Source: Candidatus Kerfeldbacteria bacterium
Lineage (GTDB): Bacteria > Patescibacteriota > Patescibacteriia > SBBC01 > CAIJZX01
Assembly (NCBI GenBank): GCA_963731735.1
Contig: CAVSWO010000002.1
Location: 270,106-334,105 of the forward strand
Reading direction: 5' to 3'
DNA length: 64,000 nucleotides
In this document: positions 26,892 through 35,877 of the stretch, piece after piece
Numbering within the stretch: position 1 is the stretch's first letter
Layout of the letters: every line of letters starts with the position of its first letter
The notes under the pieces: generated by a model
What the model saw: only the letters and a program-made list of their open reading frames with translations
What the model was told of the DNA's origin: nothing
Database searches by the model: none
Position numbers and translations under genes: made by a program

Positions 26892-27680
26892 ATGCGAATA
26901 TTATTTCTCGGAGATATTGTCGGGAAGCCCGGCCGACGAGCGATCCAAACCTTGTTGCCGGAGTTACGAACGGCGCTCCGAGTAGACACCGTGATTGCGA
27001 ACGTTGAGAATCTGGCGCACGGCAAAGGCATAACCCGTGTCACCTGGGGCGAGGTCCAGGCGGCCGGCGTTGACATTGGCACTGGCGGCAACCATATTTT
27101 TTCTAAACCCGAAGCGACCGAATTGCTTGATCGGGATCAGGCGCCAATTGTTCGACCGCTGAATTTTCCGAACCCACCAGCCGGACAGGGGCAAAAAACC
27201 TTTCAGGTTGGCCAAAAAAAGCTGTGCGTGATAAACTTGCTGGGCGAACACGGAATGCCCTTTGCACCTGTGGAAGGACCCTTCGCCGTGATGGCGGGTA
27301 AACGGGCGGATTTGGCGCAGCAGGCGGATGCGGTGATTGTCGATCTGCACGCTGAAGTGACCAGTGAAAAAGTCGCGATGGGATGGTATCTCGACGGGCA
27401 CGCCAGCTTGGTAGTCGGCACCCATACGCATGTGGCAACCGCTGACGCTCGAATTCTCCCGAAAGGTACCGGGTATGTGACTGATCTTGGTATGGTCGGT
27501 TTGCGCGATTCTTCGCTCGGCGTTGATAAAGATTTATCAATTCAACGCTTCGTGACCGGGCGTTCGGTACCATTTGAAATTCCGGAGCATGGAATCGTGG
27601 CGCTGAACGGCATACTGGCAGATATTCAACAGGGTCGGACTAGTACCATCGAACGTATTTATCGAGAAACAACTATTTAA
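26892..27680 (+). CDS. ymdB: YmdB-like metallophosphoesterase (2',3'-cyclic nucleotide phosphodiesterase)
   Basis: MRILFLGDIVGKPGR start and TIGR00282-like conservation. The rny-ymdB pairing is conserved. Confidence 0.8.
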   Translation: MRILFLGDIVGKPGRRAIQTLLPELRTALRVDTVIANVENLAHGKGITRVTWGEVQAAGVDIGTGGNHIFSKPEATELLDRDQAPIVRPLNFPNPPAGQGQKTFQVGQKKLCVINLLGEHGMPFAPVEGPFAVMAGKRADLAQQADAVIVDLHAEVTSEKVAMGWYLDGHASLVVGTHTHVATADARILPKGTGYVTDLGMVGLRDSSLGVDKDLSIQRFVTGRSVPFEIPEHGIVALNGILADIQQGRTSTIERIYRETTI

Positions 27681-27685
27681 CGCAT

Positions 27686-28009
27686 ATGAATAAGATTGAA
27701 CTGGCGGAAAAAATGGCGGAGAAACTCGGCGTCACGAAAAAGCAAGCTGAGGATATGCTGAATGTGTTTGAAGAAGTCGTGACTGAAACTTTACAGGCTG
27801 GCGCGGAAGTTACGCTGACCGGTTTCGGCACCTTTATGAGCAAGAAGCGTGAAGCCCGGATGGGCGTCAACCCGCAACGACCAGGTGAAAAAATCCAGAT
27901 CCCGGCCGTCACCATTCCAAAATTTAAAGCCGGTAAATCGCTCAAGGATGCATTAAAAGCCGGGGGGACAACTCCAGCTGCGCCTACGACGCCGCCGACA
28001 AATCTCTAA
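27686..28009 (+). CDS. hup: DNA-binding protein HU with a short A/P/T-rich C-terminal tail
   Basis: HU fold sequence (MNKIELAEKMAEKLGVTKKQAEDMLNVFEEVVTETL...GFGTF...RNPQT-like arm). Confidence 0.85.
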   Translation: MNKIELAEKMAEKLGVTKKQAEDMLNVFEEVVTETLQAGAEVTLTGFGTFMSKKREARMGVNPQRPGEKIQIPAVTIPKFKAGKSLKDALKAGGTTPAAPTTPPTNL

Positions 28010-28219
28010 AGATTGCCTCTCAACGCCGCGCCCTCTGGCAGGGCGCGGCTTGAATATCCAAAACACCTCGTGGTGACCCGCGAAGCTTGTCCGCCATATT
28101 TTGCGTTCGACGCAAAGGGGGGCGGGGACTCGTCAGGCGGCCTGATCCCCGCCTGCCTTAGCGGTGCGGCGGACAGGCGGCTTCGCCGGAAACCTTTCTA
28201 CGTAAGAGGCAGTTGCTCT

Positions 28220-28589
28220 GCCTGGGCAGCGCCGACCTGCCACTGGCAGCTCGGCGAACATTCGGACGGCGTTCCACTTGTCCTCACTTCTGCCCGTCTC
28301 GCTTCGCTCGACCCATTTCGCTAGCGGCCGCTAGCTCAAAACACCTCGTGGTGACCCGCGAAGGACTCGAACCTTCAACCCACTGCTTAAGAGGCAGTTG
28401 CTCTGCCTGGGCAGCGCCGACCTGCCACTGGCAGCTCGGCGAACATTCGGACGGCGTTCCACTTGTCCTCACTTCTGCCCGTCTCGCTTCGCTCGACCCA
28501 TTTCGCTAGCGGCCGCTAGCTCAAAACACCTCGTGGTGACCCGCGAAGGACTCGAACCTTCAACCCACTGCTTAAGAGGCAGTTGCTCT
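28220..28589. repeat. two tandem 185-bp repeat units (plus a degraded third copy at 28060-28219), each containing the 3' two-thirds of tRNA-Lys and a 16-bp perfect palindrome GCTAGCGGCCGCTAGC
   Basis: The sequence 28220-28404 is repeated at 28405-28589. Each unit carries tggtgacccgcgaaggactcgaaccttcaacccactgcttaagaggcagttgctct, which is tRNA-Lys from the CCA end through the D-stem. Confidence 0.75.
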
Positions 28590-28608
28590 ACCATTGAGCT
28601 AGCGGGCC
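28534..28608 (-). tRNA. tRNA-Lys (anticodon CTT)
   Basis: Cloverleaf with anticodon loop CTCTTAA, T-loop TTCGAGT and an encoded CCA. It lies at the end of the tandem repeat. Confidence 0.8.
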
Positions 28609-28631
28609 GCCAGCAAGTGTTTTGAATGATT

Positions 28632-28706
28632 TGGTGCCGCGGGTCAGAATCGAACTGACGACGCCAGCCTCTTCAGGGCTGCGCTCTACCATTGAGCTAC
28701 CGCGGC
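28632..28706 (-). tRNA. tRNA-Phe (anticodon GAA)
   Basis: Acceptor GCCGCGG/CCGCGGC, anticodon loop CTGAAGA, T-loop TTCGATT and CCA. Confidence 0.85.
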
Positions 28707-28756
28707 CTAAGCTTTGGGCTCCGCCAGCGTAGCGGAGTTTGATATTTTTTTCAAGT

Positions 28757-28845
28757 TGGTGGACCCTACCGGGCTCGAACGTCCGGTAGTACGGAAGCCA
28801 TACTATTGCTTCCGTTCTTCGGACCCTCCGCGTTGCCATAAACGA
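28757..28845 (-). other. aberrant tRNA-like element / tRNA pseudogene
   Basis: The 3' end CCCGGTAGGGTCCACCA is identical to that of tRNA-Ala(GGC). The T-arm carries a 3-nt insertion, the putative anticodon loop is 9 nt, and there is no complementary 5' acceptor strand. Confidence 0.4.
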
Positions 28846-28880
28846 AATGCTTGGAAAGAATGGGCGGGATCCCGCTCCGG

Positions 28881-28956
28881 TGGTGGACCGTGCCGGACTC
28901 GAACCGGCCACCTCCGCGTTGCAAACGCGGCGCTCTACCAGATGAGCTAACGGCCC
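28881..28956 (-). tRNA. tRNA-Ala (anticodon TGC)
   Basis: G3:U70, anticodon loop TTTGCAA, T-loop TTCGAGT and CCA. Confidence 0.85.
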
Positions 28957-29029
28957 CCCACCGGGGCATGAAATTACGGCGCTCGGACCTTACCCCGCCG
29001 CGCGGAAATGTGTTACGAGCCGTAACACG

Positions 29030-29275
29030 CTACTGATTTTTGATGAACGATCCGAAAATTGCTCGCAAGATGGCCTGGAGTCCGCCCGTTACCCAGAGCA
29101 ACGCACCAATGATAATCAGCAGGCCAATCAATTTAACAAACAACCGGGTTCCTCCCTCGGTCCCAAGATGCGCTTCCGCCCATTCAATCGGACCAATGAA
29201 ACGATAGATGGCTTCACTTTTAATGACCAGGACGGCTCCCACGGCTATAATGGCGATGATAATGAGGAAATACAT
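29030..29275 (-). CDS. small membrane protein (81 aa, 2 TM)
   Basis: Two strongly hydrophobic helices. There is no RBS, so this may be a leaderless transcript. Confidence 0.35.
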   Translation of the reverse strand: MYFLIIIAIIAVGAVLVIKSEAIYRFIGPIEWAEAHLGTEGGTRLFVKLIGLLIIIGALLWVTGGLQAILRAIFGSFIKNQ

Positions 29276-29365
29276 AGAAATTGTTTGGGCCTTGGTGGGG
29301 ACGAGAGGAGTCGAACCCCTGGCCTTCTCGGTGTAAACGAGACGCTCTCCGTTTGCTTCACTGCT

Positions 29366-29442
29366 TCTTGGTGGGGACGAGAGGAGTCGAACCCCTGGCC
29401 TTCTCGGTGTAAACGAGACGCTCTAACCAACTGAGCTACATC
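29366..29442 (-). tRNA. tRNA-Val (anticodon TAC)
   Basis: Anticodon loop TTTACAC, T-loop TTCGACT and CCA. It is flanked by the inverted repeat TTGCTTCACTGCTTCT / AGAAGCAGTGAAACAA and by partial tRNA copies (a 3' part at 29293-29346 and a 5' part at 29519-29544). Confidence 0.8.
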
Positions 29443-29635
29443 CCCAGAAGCAGTGAAACAATCGGCCGGGGCGCATGAATGCTTATGAAAGCGCCCGTCT
29501 CGTCGCGTCTGACGCGACTCGACCCAACTGAGCTACATCCCCGATAACTGGCCTACTCTACCAAAAATGCGGCCGAAAGACAATGGATGCATTCGTCCGT
29601 GAATGATGGTGCGGACGAGGGGACTGTCGACTGCG

Positions 29636-29917
29636 TCACCTGGTGACTTCGTCGACTAGACCTACCAGACGTTTTTTCGTGAAGGCTCGTCCAGAGCCTG
29701 ACTTGAGATAGTGTTCAAAATTCGCGGCTGATTGCCTGTCAATAAACCCGCCATACCAAACCAAGGTAAGGGGCCGATAGAATTTTGTGACGGGAGAGTG
29801 GCCATCGTTGTGTTCAGAAATTCTTCGGCGAAGATTGCTGGTCAGACCAACATACTGAAAACTTTTCTTTTTCGATTGGAGGATGTAAACAAAAAACATG
29901 GCCATACTGATCGCCAC
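29636..29917 (-). CDS. GIY-YIG nuclease family protein (small, UPF0213-like)
   Basis: FFVYILQSKKKSFQYVGLTSNLRRRISEHN contains the GIY-(10)-YVG motif. Confidence 0.7.
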   Translation of the reverse strand: MAISMAMFFVYILQSKKKSFQYVGLTSNLRRRISEHNDGHSPVTKFYRPLTLVWYGGFIDRQSAANFEHYLKSGSGRAFTKKRLVGLVDEVTR

Positions 29918-29972
29918 CTAGAGATAGCCTAGCAGTTTACATGCCGGAGTCAAGCTTTGCTTGACAAAGGCA

Positions 29973-30060
29973 TGGTGCGGACGAGAGGACTCGAACCTCC
30001 AACCCCTTGCGGGGACTAGCCCCTCAAGCTAGCGCGTATACCAGATTCCGCCACGTCCGC
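29973..30060 (-). tRNA. tRNA-Leu (anticodon GAG), long variable arm
   Basis: 88 nt. Anticodon arm CTAGC-TTGAGGG-GCTAG, variable arm TCCCCGCAAGGGGT and CCA. Confidence 0.8.
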
Positions 30061-30193
30061 AAATATTGCAGCGGCAAGCGTAGCACACTCAATGGAATTT
30101 GCAAGCGCGTGGGCTTGTCTTTTCCTGACAAATACCCTAAAGTCTCGGAGGAGAAATTCGCTCTTCACAAGCTCGTCCTGTCCAGGAGGATGC

Positions 30194-31021
30194 ATGACCA
30201 CGACACAATCTTCGAGGCTCTCTCTGGAGCAGTTGGCTAACCAAGCCGCGACCCAGATCAAGCAGCGAACACGGGTTGATCACCGGGTGGCATTGGTAGC
30301 CGGTTCCGGATGGGGCGCGGCCACCAGCCAACTCGGCGTCACTCACGACGAATGCCCAATGACCGATTTGCCGGGTTTTTCTGCGCCCACGGTTGATGGT
30401 CACGCCGGACTGATCAGTAGCGTCCAGGTTGGCCCCAACCGCGTCCTGGTATTTCGCGGACGACGGCACCGATATGAATTCCCGGTTGATGACTACGTCT
30501 GTATGGATGCGATTGTGCATAGTGTTGTCACCGCGTATAGCGCCGGGTGCCGGGACATCATATTGACCAACGCGGTTGGCGGACTGAACCCAAACTATAC
30601 AATTGGACAGGCCGTCCTGATCGCCGATCAGAATGGGGCAATTACTGCCGCACCATCGCCCTTACGCGGCGGACCGACCGAGAATTTCCTGAACTGTAAC
30701 CAGGTGTACGATCCGGCCTTACTCCAACTCGCTCAGCAAGTCGAACGCTTGGATCGGGGAGTCTACGCGCAAATCCGCGGACCGCAATTCGAAACGCCGC
30801 ATGAAATTCGTTTCTTGCGGCTCAACGGAATCGATTTGATAGGCATGTCAATAATCCAGGAGGCGCTGATGGCCCACCGGCTTGGCATGCGGGTGCTGGG
30901 CATTTCCTTGGTAACCGACCGGCCGGGCGACGATGTTTCCCACCATGAAGTCCAGCGTGTCGTACATCAACGCGCTCCCTATCTGGGAAAACTTCTCCAA
31001 CAAATCGTTGAGCGCATCTAA
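30194..31021 (+). CDS. purine nucleoside phosphorylase / MTA phosphorylase family (PNP_UDP_1)
   Basis: VALVAGSGWG phosphate-binding start and DLIGMSIIQEA...LGISLVTD. AGGAGG RBS before the ATG at 30194. Confidence 0.75.
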   Translation: MTTTQSSRLSLEQLANQAATQIKQRTRVDHRVALVAGSGWGAATSQLGVTHDECPMTDLPGFSAPTVDGHAGLISSVQVGPNRVLVFRGRRHRYEFPVDDYVCMDAIVHSVVTAYSAGCRDIILTNAVGGLNPNYTIGQAVLIADQNGAITAAPSPLRGGPTENFLNCNQVYDPALLQLAQQVERLDRGVYAQIRGPQFETPHEIRFLRLNGIDLIGMSIIQEALMAHRLGMRVLGISLVTDRPGDDVSHHEVQRVVHQRAPYLGKLLQQIVERI

Positions 31022-31073
31022 CTGCCTCAACTAAAACGATTTTCGAGCGTCACGGATACCGTGACGCTTTTTC

Positions 31074-31385
31074 TTACTTCTTTTCCTTCAGCTGCCGGGC
31101 GCGCGGACGGCGGACGTGGTACAGTTTGGCCCGTCGGGTCTTGGCCGTCTTGACCAATTCCAGCTTGGCGATGATTGGTGAATGGATTGGAAAAATACGC
31201 TCAACCGCGATGCCGTCACTGATTTTGCGAACCGTAAAAGTGGCGGTTGGACCGGTGCCGTGTTTGCGCGCCAGCACCAGGCCTTCAAACACCTGGATCC
31301 GTTCTTTTTCACCTTCTTTGACCTTTTGGTGCACCCGGACGGTCTGGCCCGGTTTAATATCTGTGCGTTCGAGAGAGGTTGCCAT
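31074..31385 (-). CDS. rplS: 50S ribosomal protein L19
   Basis: [45 protein letters not shown]19 signature. Confidence 0.9.
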   Translation of the reverse strand: MATSLERTDIKPGQTVRVHQKVKEGEKERIQVFEGLVLARKHGTGPTATFTVRKISDGIAVERIFPIHSPIIAKLELVKTAKTRRAKLYHVRRPRARQLKEKK

Positions 31386-31448
31386 AAACAGAAAAATTTG
31401 AGAACCACCAGACTGTACCGGAAAGTCGGTATTTCGTCAAGCCAAGGC

Positions 31449-32378
31449 TTAGGTCACCCGGGTCAGGTATTGTTGGAGATCGTCCGGAAGCGGCGCTTCG
31501 AACCGTAGGCTGCTGCCGTCTAAATCGACAAATCCCAGGAGGGTCGCGTGTAAAAACAATCGCGGAGGCTCAAGTCTGAGTTTTTTTTGCCCGCGGCGGC
31601 GATAGAGTTTATCCCCGAGTAACGGGTGGCTAATAGCTTTGAAGTGGACCCGGATTTGGTGACTCCGGCCGGTCAGAGTTCGAACCCGAACCAAGGTGAA
31701 GTTTTTAATATAACGCTCGACCGTAAATCGGGTGTCGGCTTCTTTGCCTTCTTTACTGTTCGGACGGGCGACCATTAATCCAGATTTATCTTTTTTTCGT
31801 GCGATGGCGAACGCAATCCGACCGCTGGTGTGCGTTATCCGGCCGAGCACCAAGGCGATATATTCTTTGATGATTGTGTGGTCTTGAAATTGTCGTTTGA
31901 GATGATCGAAGGCAGCCTGGGTTTTGGCGATTACCATCACGCCGGAAACGTCGCGATCAAGACGATGAACAATGCCGGGTCGCTGTTCCGGACGGTCACC
32001 AACCGTGGCAATGTTCGAATCATGATCGACCGCCCAGTCGGCCACGGTCCGTTCATGAATTGACGGGCCACCGTGGACTACCCAGCCCGACGGTTTATTG
32101 ATGACGAGTACATTGGTGTTTTCGAAGAGAATGTTCGGCTCGGTCAATGGCGCGTCGCGGACTGTTTCATGATAGGCAACCGTTAGATCACCGAAGCTGA
32201 TCGTGTCACCCGGTTTAACTTTGTGATGCGAGTTGACGGCCTGGCCGTTGACTTGGACCGTCCCGCCTTTGATGTGTTTCTGTAATTGTGAACGGGAAAT
32301 ATCGGTATGCTGAGCCAGAAATACATCAAGTCGCATTGGAGTTTCTTCAGCTGGCACAACAATTGATTGGGGAGACAT
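31449..32378 (-). CDS. RluA-family 23S rRNA pseudouridine synthase (RluD-like) with an S4 domain
   Basis: S4 domain (RLDVFLAQHTDISRSQLQKHIKGGTVQVNGQ) and the catalytic HRLDRDVSGVMVIAKT. The start was taken at MSPQS. Confidence 0.8.
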   Translation of the reverse strand: MSPQSIVVPAEETPMRLDVFLAQHTDISRSQLQKHIKGGTVQVNGQAVNSHHKVKPGDTISFGDLTVAYHETVRDAPLTEPNILFENTNVLVINKPSGWVVHGGPSIHERTVADWAVDHDSNIATVGDRPEQRPGIVHRLDRDVSGVMVIAKTQAAFDHLKRQFQDHTIIKEYIALVLGRITHTSGRIAFAIARKKDKSGLMVARPNSKEGKEADTRFTVERYIKNFTLVRVRTLTGRSHQIRVHFKAISHPLLGDKLYRRRGQKKLRLEPPRLFLHATLLGFVDLDGSSLRFEAPLPDDLQQYLTRVT

Positions 32379-32550
32379 GTGGCCATTGTACCACGGCTTG
32401 GTATGCTTTTGGGCGGGCTGCATTGACTTCGAACCCGGAACATGGTACAGCACACCGTAGAGAGCTTGGCCAGATGCAACCTGTGGTATACTGCAGGTGC
32501 TCAAATAAACCCTCCGAGCGATTTTTCATCATATATTTAGCAAAAGGGAT

Positions 32551-35520
32551 ATGCCTATGTTTATCAAAGCACGAACGGCCTGGCGCCGAAAATCTCTCCG
32601 TCAGCGCACCTGGCGAGCGTTGAATATTCTGGCCATGGCCGCCCTGGTCTTACACTACGGCGCCTTTGTTGCTTTGGCTCCGCAATCTGCGCAAGCCGCG
32701 AGCGGCAGTATCTGGACTACTACAAGTTCCTGCGGGTCGCCGCAAAACGTCAACCAATACAACGTCGGTGAGACGGTTTACATTCATGGAGATGGCTTTC
32801 CTCTGGGAGATTATGATTGGGCCATCACCGGTTTGCCAGGCCAGGCCTCAACTGATCCGAATATTGACGTTGCCTCATCCATCTTGGCGGGTTCAAAATT
32901 TCATGTTGATGCTTCCGGACAGTTTTGTTTTGATGCTTACGAAATTCAAGTTGGCGATTCCGGCGAGTATCAAGTAAAATTCGAAAATGTTAAAGGTGAC
33001 AATCTTCATATAAAGGGTGATTCAAATGACCCCCAGGGCGGCGAAGACCCTCTCTACAATCTGCATGGATACAAGTGGAATGACCTGAACGGGAATGGCC
33101 AGCGAGATTGCCAAATCTTCGACCAGGCCGCGTCAGTAGTGAATGATTCCTGTGAACCGTTGCTCGGCGGCTGGACGATCCAACTCTGGCAGAATGAACA
33201 AAAGGTCGATGAAATGCAAACCTGCTCACTGGCTGATACCCAGGATGAGAAAAACGCTTGCTTTGGTCATGAAGTCGGCTGGTACTGGTTCATGAATTTA
33301 CCGGCCGGCGACTATACGATTTGTGAAGTCCCGCAGGCCGGTTGGACGCAGACCTTCCCGGTCGATCCGAACTGTCATCAGGTATCGCTCCCGAATGATT
33401 TACCGCAAACGGAAAATGCGGTCTTGGCGCCGGAATACAACTTCGGCAACCACCAAGACCAGTGCCGCCCCGGCGCCTCCTGGGCTGAAACCGTCGTGGA
33501 TGCAAGCCAGGGTACGCTGAAGAACGGTAATCCAATCACCGACAGTGCCCGGACTGACCCGAACGCGGCGCTCGGGGCCGCCGATTTTCCGGCAGCGGGC
33601 AGCTTCTTCAGTCTCGGTCAGAATGGCTGGATCACACTGGGCTTCAATCACCCCGTGCTTGATGCGCAAGGCGATGATTTGTCTTTCCACGAAGCGACGA
33701 ACGGGCGCAATGCGTACCCGAATGCGTACCCGCTTGAATCAGCGCTCGTGCAGGTAAGTCAGGACCTGTCAGAATGGAAAGATGTCGGCACGGTAACCAG
33801 CGAACCCGGCGGTGACGGCGTCATGACGCTCGACTTCAGCGGCACCGGGTACCAGTGGATCAAATATGTGCGCCTGTCTGATACCACCAATTACGCCCTC
33901 CATCAGTCGACGGCGGACGGCTACGATCTCGACGCAGTCGATGCCACCTATGAAATGTGCGCCAGTGGTTCAGTTGAGGGCTACAAGTGGCATGATCGGA
34001 ACGGCAACGGGGTTTTGGATAACGGCGAGGAACCGATGGCTGACGTCCGCATTCAAACCCTCCATGGGTTATTCGATGTGACTGATGCCAATGGCTACTA
34101 TCGGATTGACGCGATCCCAGTCGGCACTGAATCCATCATCGAATTTACCCCGGATGGCTGGTTCAACACTAATCATAATAACGTGGCTTTCGACGTCCCG
34201 ATTACGGCCAATCAAACGACTCGCGTCGACTTCGGCAACTACCAAAAATCCTCAATCAGCGGCATGAAGTTCAACGACCTGAATGGAAACAGTCAGAATG
34301 ACGAAGAACCGGGACTGGAAAACTGGACGATCACGCTCTGGAAGTGGAATGACTATCTCGGCCAGTACGCCGAAGAAGCCCAAACCACCACTGATCAAAA
34401 CGGGCAATACACGTTTAGTGATTTAGTGCCGGGTAAGTACCAGGTTTCCGAGGAACAACAAGCTGGCTGGACACAAACCTTTCCGGTTGGCAGCGGTCTG
34501 TACGATGATATTCAGCCGCTGTCTGGCGAGCAGCTGACCGGCTATGACTTTGGCAACTATCAACGGCCACAGATTGTGACCGAAGGTGCGCCGGATCTGA
34601 ACATCACCAAAACCAATGATGCCGAGACCTTCGTGAATCCCGGCGATACCGTTGGCTACACCGTGGCTGTAACAAATACCGGCCTGGCGACCGCCTACGC
34701 GGTCAGTTTAACGGACACCCTGCCGGATGGTTTCAGTTTCGTGAGCGGGTCAGCAAACATCACACCGGATTCAACCGTCGGGCAAACCACTAGCTGGAGC
34801 CTGGGCGACATCGATCCCAACCAAACCGTCACCGTCACTTATAACGCGACCGTGGACGATAACGCAGCCGCCGGAACCTATACCAATACGGCTACGGCCA
34901 GCACCAGTGTTGAACCCCAGGTGCTTGAGGAGTCTGCCCGAGGGTTTGGTGAATTACGCGCCGCCACCGTCGGACCGGTGGCTACGCCCGGCACCCAAAC
35001 CGTCAGCGTTACGGCCAGCTCGGACGTGTCGGTCCATGTCCCGCGAGTCTTGGGAGAACAGGCCAACCCGGAACTCACGCTCACCAAAGTTGTTGACCCA
35101 AGCGTCACCAACCCGGGTAAAACCGTGACCTATAGCGTGGTCGTTGAAAACATCGGACAAGCCGATGCGGTCAATGTCGTTATCATTGACACCCTACCGG
35201 GTGGGCTGACCTATGCCGATACCGGCGACCAGAGTCGGACCTGGACCTACGATGTGCTCGGCGCCGGTGAGTCAAAAATTTTGACCTTCCCCGTTAAAGT
35301 CAGTTCCTCGATCGCGGCCGGCGATTACGTCAACACGGCCAAGCTCACCGCCGACAACAACGATCCGCTAACTGCCAGCGCCAAATTGACCGTCAAAGTT
35401 CCGCAGGTACTCGGCCTGGCTGACACGGGCGTCGGACCACGCGACTACCTAATTTTCAGCTTCGGTCTGCTGAGCCTCATGTCGTGCTTCGTCCTGCTGC
35501 GACGGCAGACTCGCGCGTAA
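32551..35520 (+). CDS. cell-wall-anchored surface protein with SdrD-B/CnaB-like and DUF11 repeats and an LAXTG (sortase E type) sorting signal
   Basis: Signal peptide ending AQAAS. Repeats GYKWNDLNGNGQRD, GYKWHDRNGNGVLDNGEEP and GMKFNDLNGNSQNDEEP. DUF11-like LTDTLPDGFSFVSGS and VIIDTLPGGLTY. C-terminal LADTG followed by a hydrophobic stretch and an RRQTRA tail. Confidence 0.75.
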   Translation: MPMFIKARTAWRRKSLRQRTWRALNILAMAALVLHYGAFVALAPQSAQAASGSIWTTTSSCGSPQNVNQYNVGETVYIHGDGFPLGDYDWAITGLPGQASTDPNIDVASSILAGSKFHVDASGQFCFDAYEIQVGDSGEYQVKFENVKGDNLHIKGDSNDPQGGEDPLYNLHGYKWNDLNGNGQRDCQIFDQAASVVNDSCEPLLGGWTIQLWQNEQKVDEMQTCSLADTQDEKNACFGHEVGWYWFMNLPAGDYTICEVPQAGWTQTFPVDPNCHQVSLPNDLPQTENAVLAPEYNFGNHQDQCRPGASWAETVVDASQGTLKNGNPITDSARTDPNAALGAADFPAAGSFFSLGQNGWITLGFNHPVLDAQGDDLSFHEATNGRNAYPNAYPLESALVQVSQDLSEWKDVGTVTSEPGGDGVMTLDFSGTGYQWIKYVRLSDTTNYALHQSTADGYDLDAVDATYEMCASGSVEGYKWHDRNGNGVLDNGEEPMADVRIQTLHGLFDVTDANGYYRIDAIPVGTESIIEFTPDGWFNTNHNNVAFDVPITANQTTRVDFGNYQKSSISGMKFNDLNGNSQNDEEPGLENWTITLWKWNDYLGQYAEEAQTTTDQNGQYTFSDLVPGKYQVSEEQQAGWTQTFPVGSGLYDDIQPLSGEQLTGYDFGNYQRPQIVTEGAPDLNITKTNDAETFVNPGDTVGYTVAVTNTGLATAYAVSLTDTLPDGFSFVSGSANITPDSTVGQTTSWSLGDIDPNQTVTVTYNATVDDNAAAGTYTNTATASTSVEPQVLEESARGFGELRAATVGPVATPGTQTVSVTASSDVSVHVPRVLGEQANPELTLTKVVDPSVTNPGKTVTYSVVVENIGQADAVNVVIIDTLPGGLTYADTGDQSRTWTYDVLGAGESKILTFPVKVSSSIAAGDYVNTAKLTADNNDPLTASAKLTVKVPQVLGLADTGVGPRDYLIFSFGLLSLMSCFVLLRRQTRA

Positions 35521-35596
35521 GCGCTGCCTCCGAAAGGCTTCGGCAAATAACACCACGCCCCCAGTCGGGGGCGTGGTGTTTGTAAAAAGTCTTGGC

Positions 35597-35672
35597 TGGT
35601 GGGCGACAGAGGAGTCGAACCTCTGACCTTCACAATGTCAATGTGACGCTCTAACCAACTGAGCTAGCCGCC
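35597..35672 (-). tRNA. tRNA-Val (anticodon GAC)
   Basis: Anticodon loop TTGACAT, T-loop TTCGACT and CCA. Confidence 0.85.
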
Positions 35673-35743
35673 CACGCCGGCCCACGATACCACAGCTTTG
35701 TCCGCAGCTCAAGTAGGGGCGCGGCATTGCCGGTACCGGGTTA

Positions 35744-35820
35744 TGGTGGGCGGACATGGATTCGAACCATGGACCGGTCGGATATAAGCCGACTGCTCTA
35801 ACCAACTGAGCTATCCGCCC
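35744..35820 (-). tRNA. tRNA-Ile with unusual anticodon TAT (UAU)
   Basis: Canonical cloverleaf GGGCGGA...TCCGCCCACCA. Anticodon arm GTCGG-CTTATAT-CCGAC gives UAU at positions 34-36. T-loop TTCGAAT. Confidence 0.7.
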
Positions 35821-35877
35821 TAACATGAACAATAAAAACCAAGCGGAGTGTACACCCCCGACTCATCCTTTTCAAGT

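Noticed and set aside
28013-28625. ORFs 28013-28324, 28213-28509 and 28398-28625, with identical translations.
   Set aside because: They are artefacts of the 185-bp tandem repeat and they overlap tRNA-Lys sequence.
4714-28845. A genomic island bounded by tRNA-Ala(GGC) and its 17-nt 3' copy at 28757.
   Set aside because: The interval contains essential core genes (infB, clpP, rny, hup), so it cannot be a simple integrated island. The copy is treated as a local tRNA remnant.
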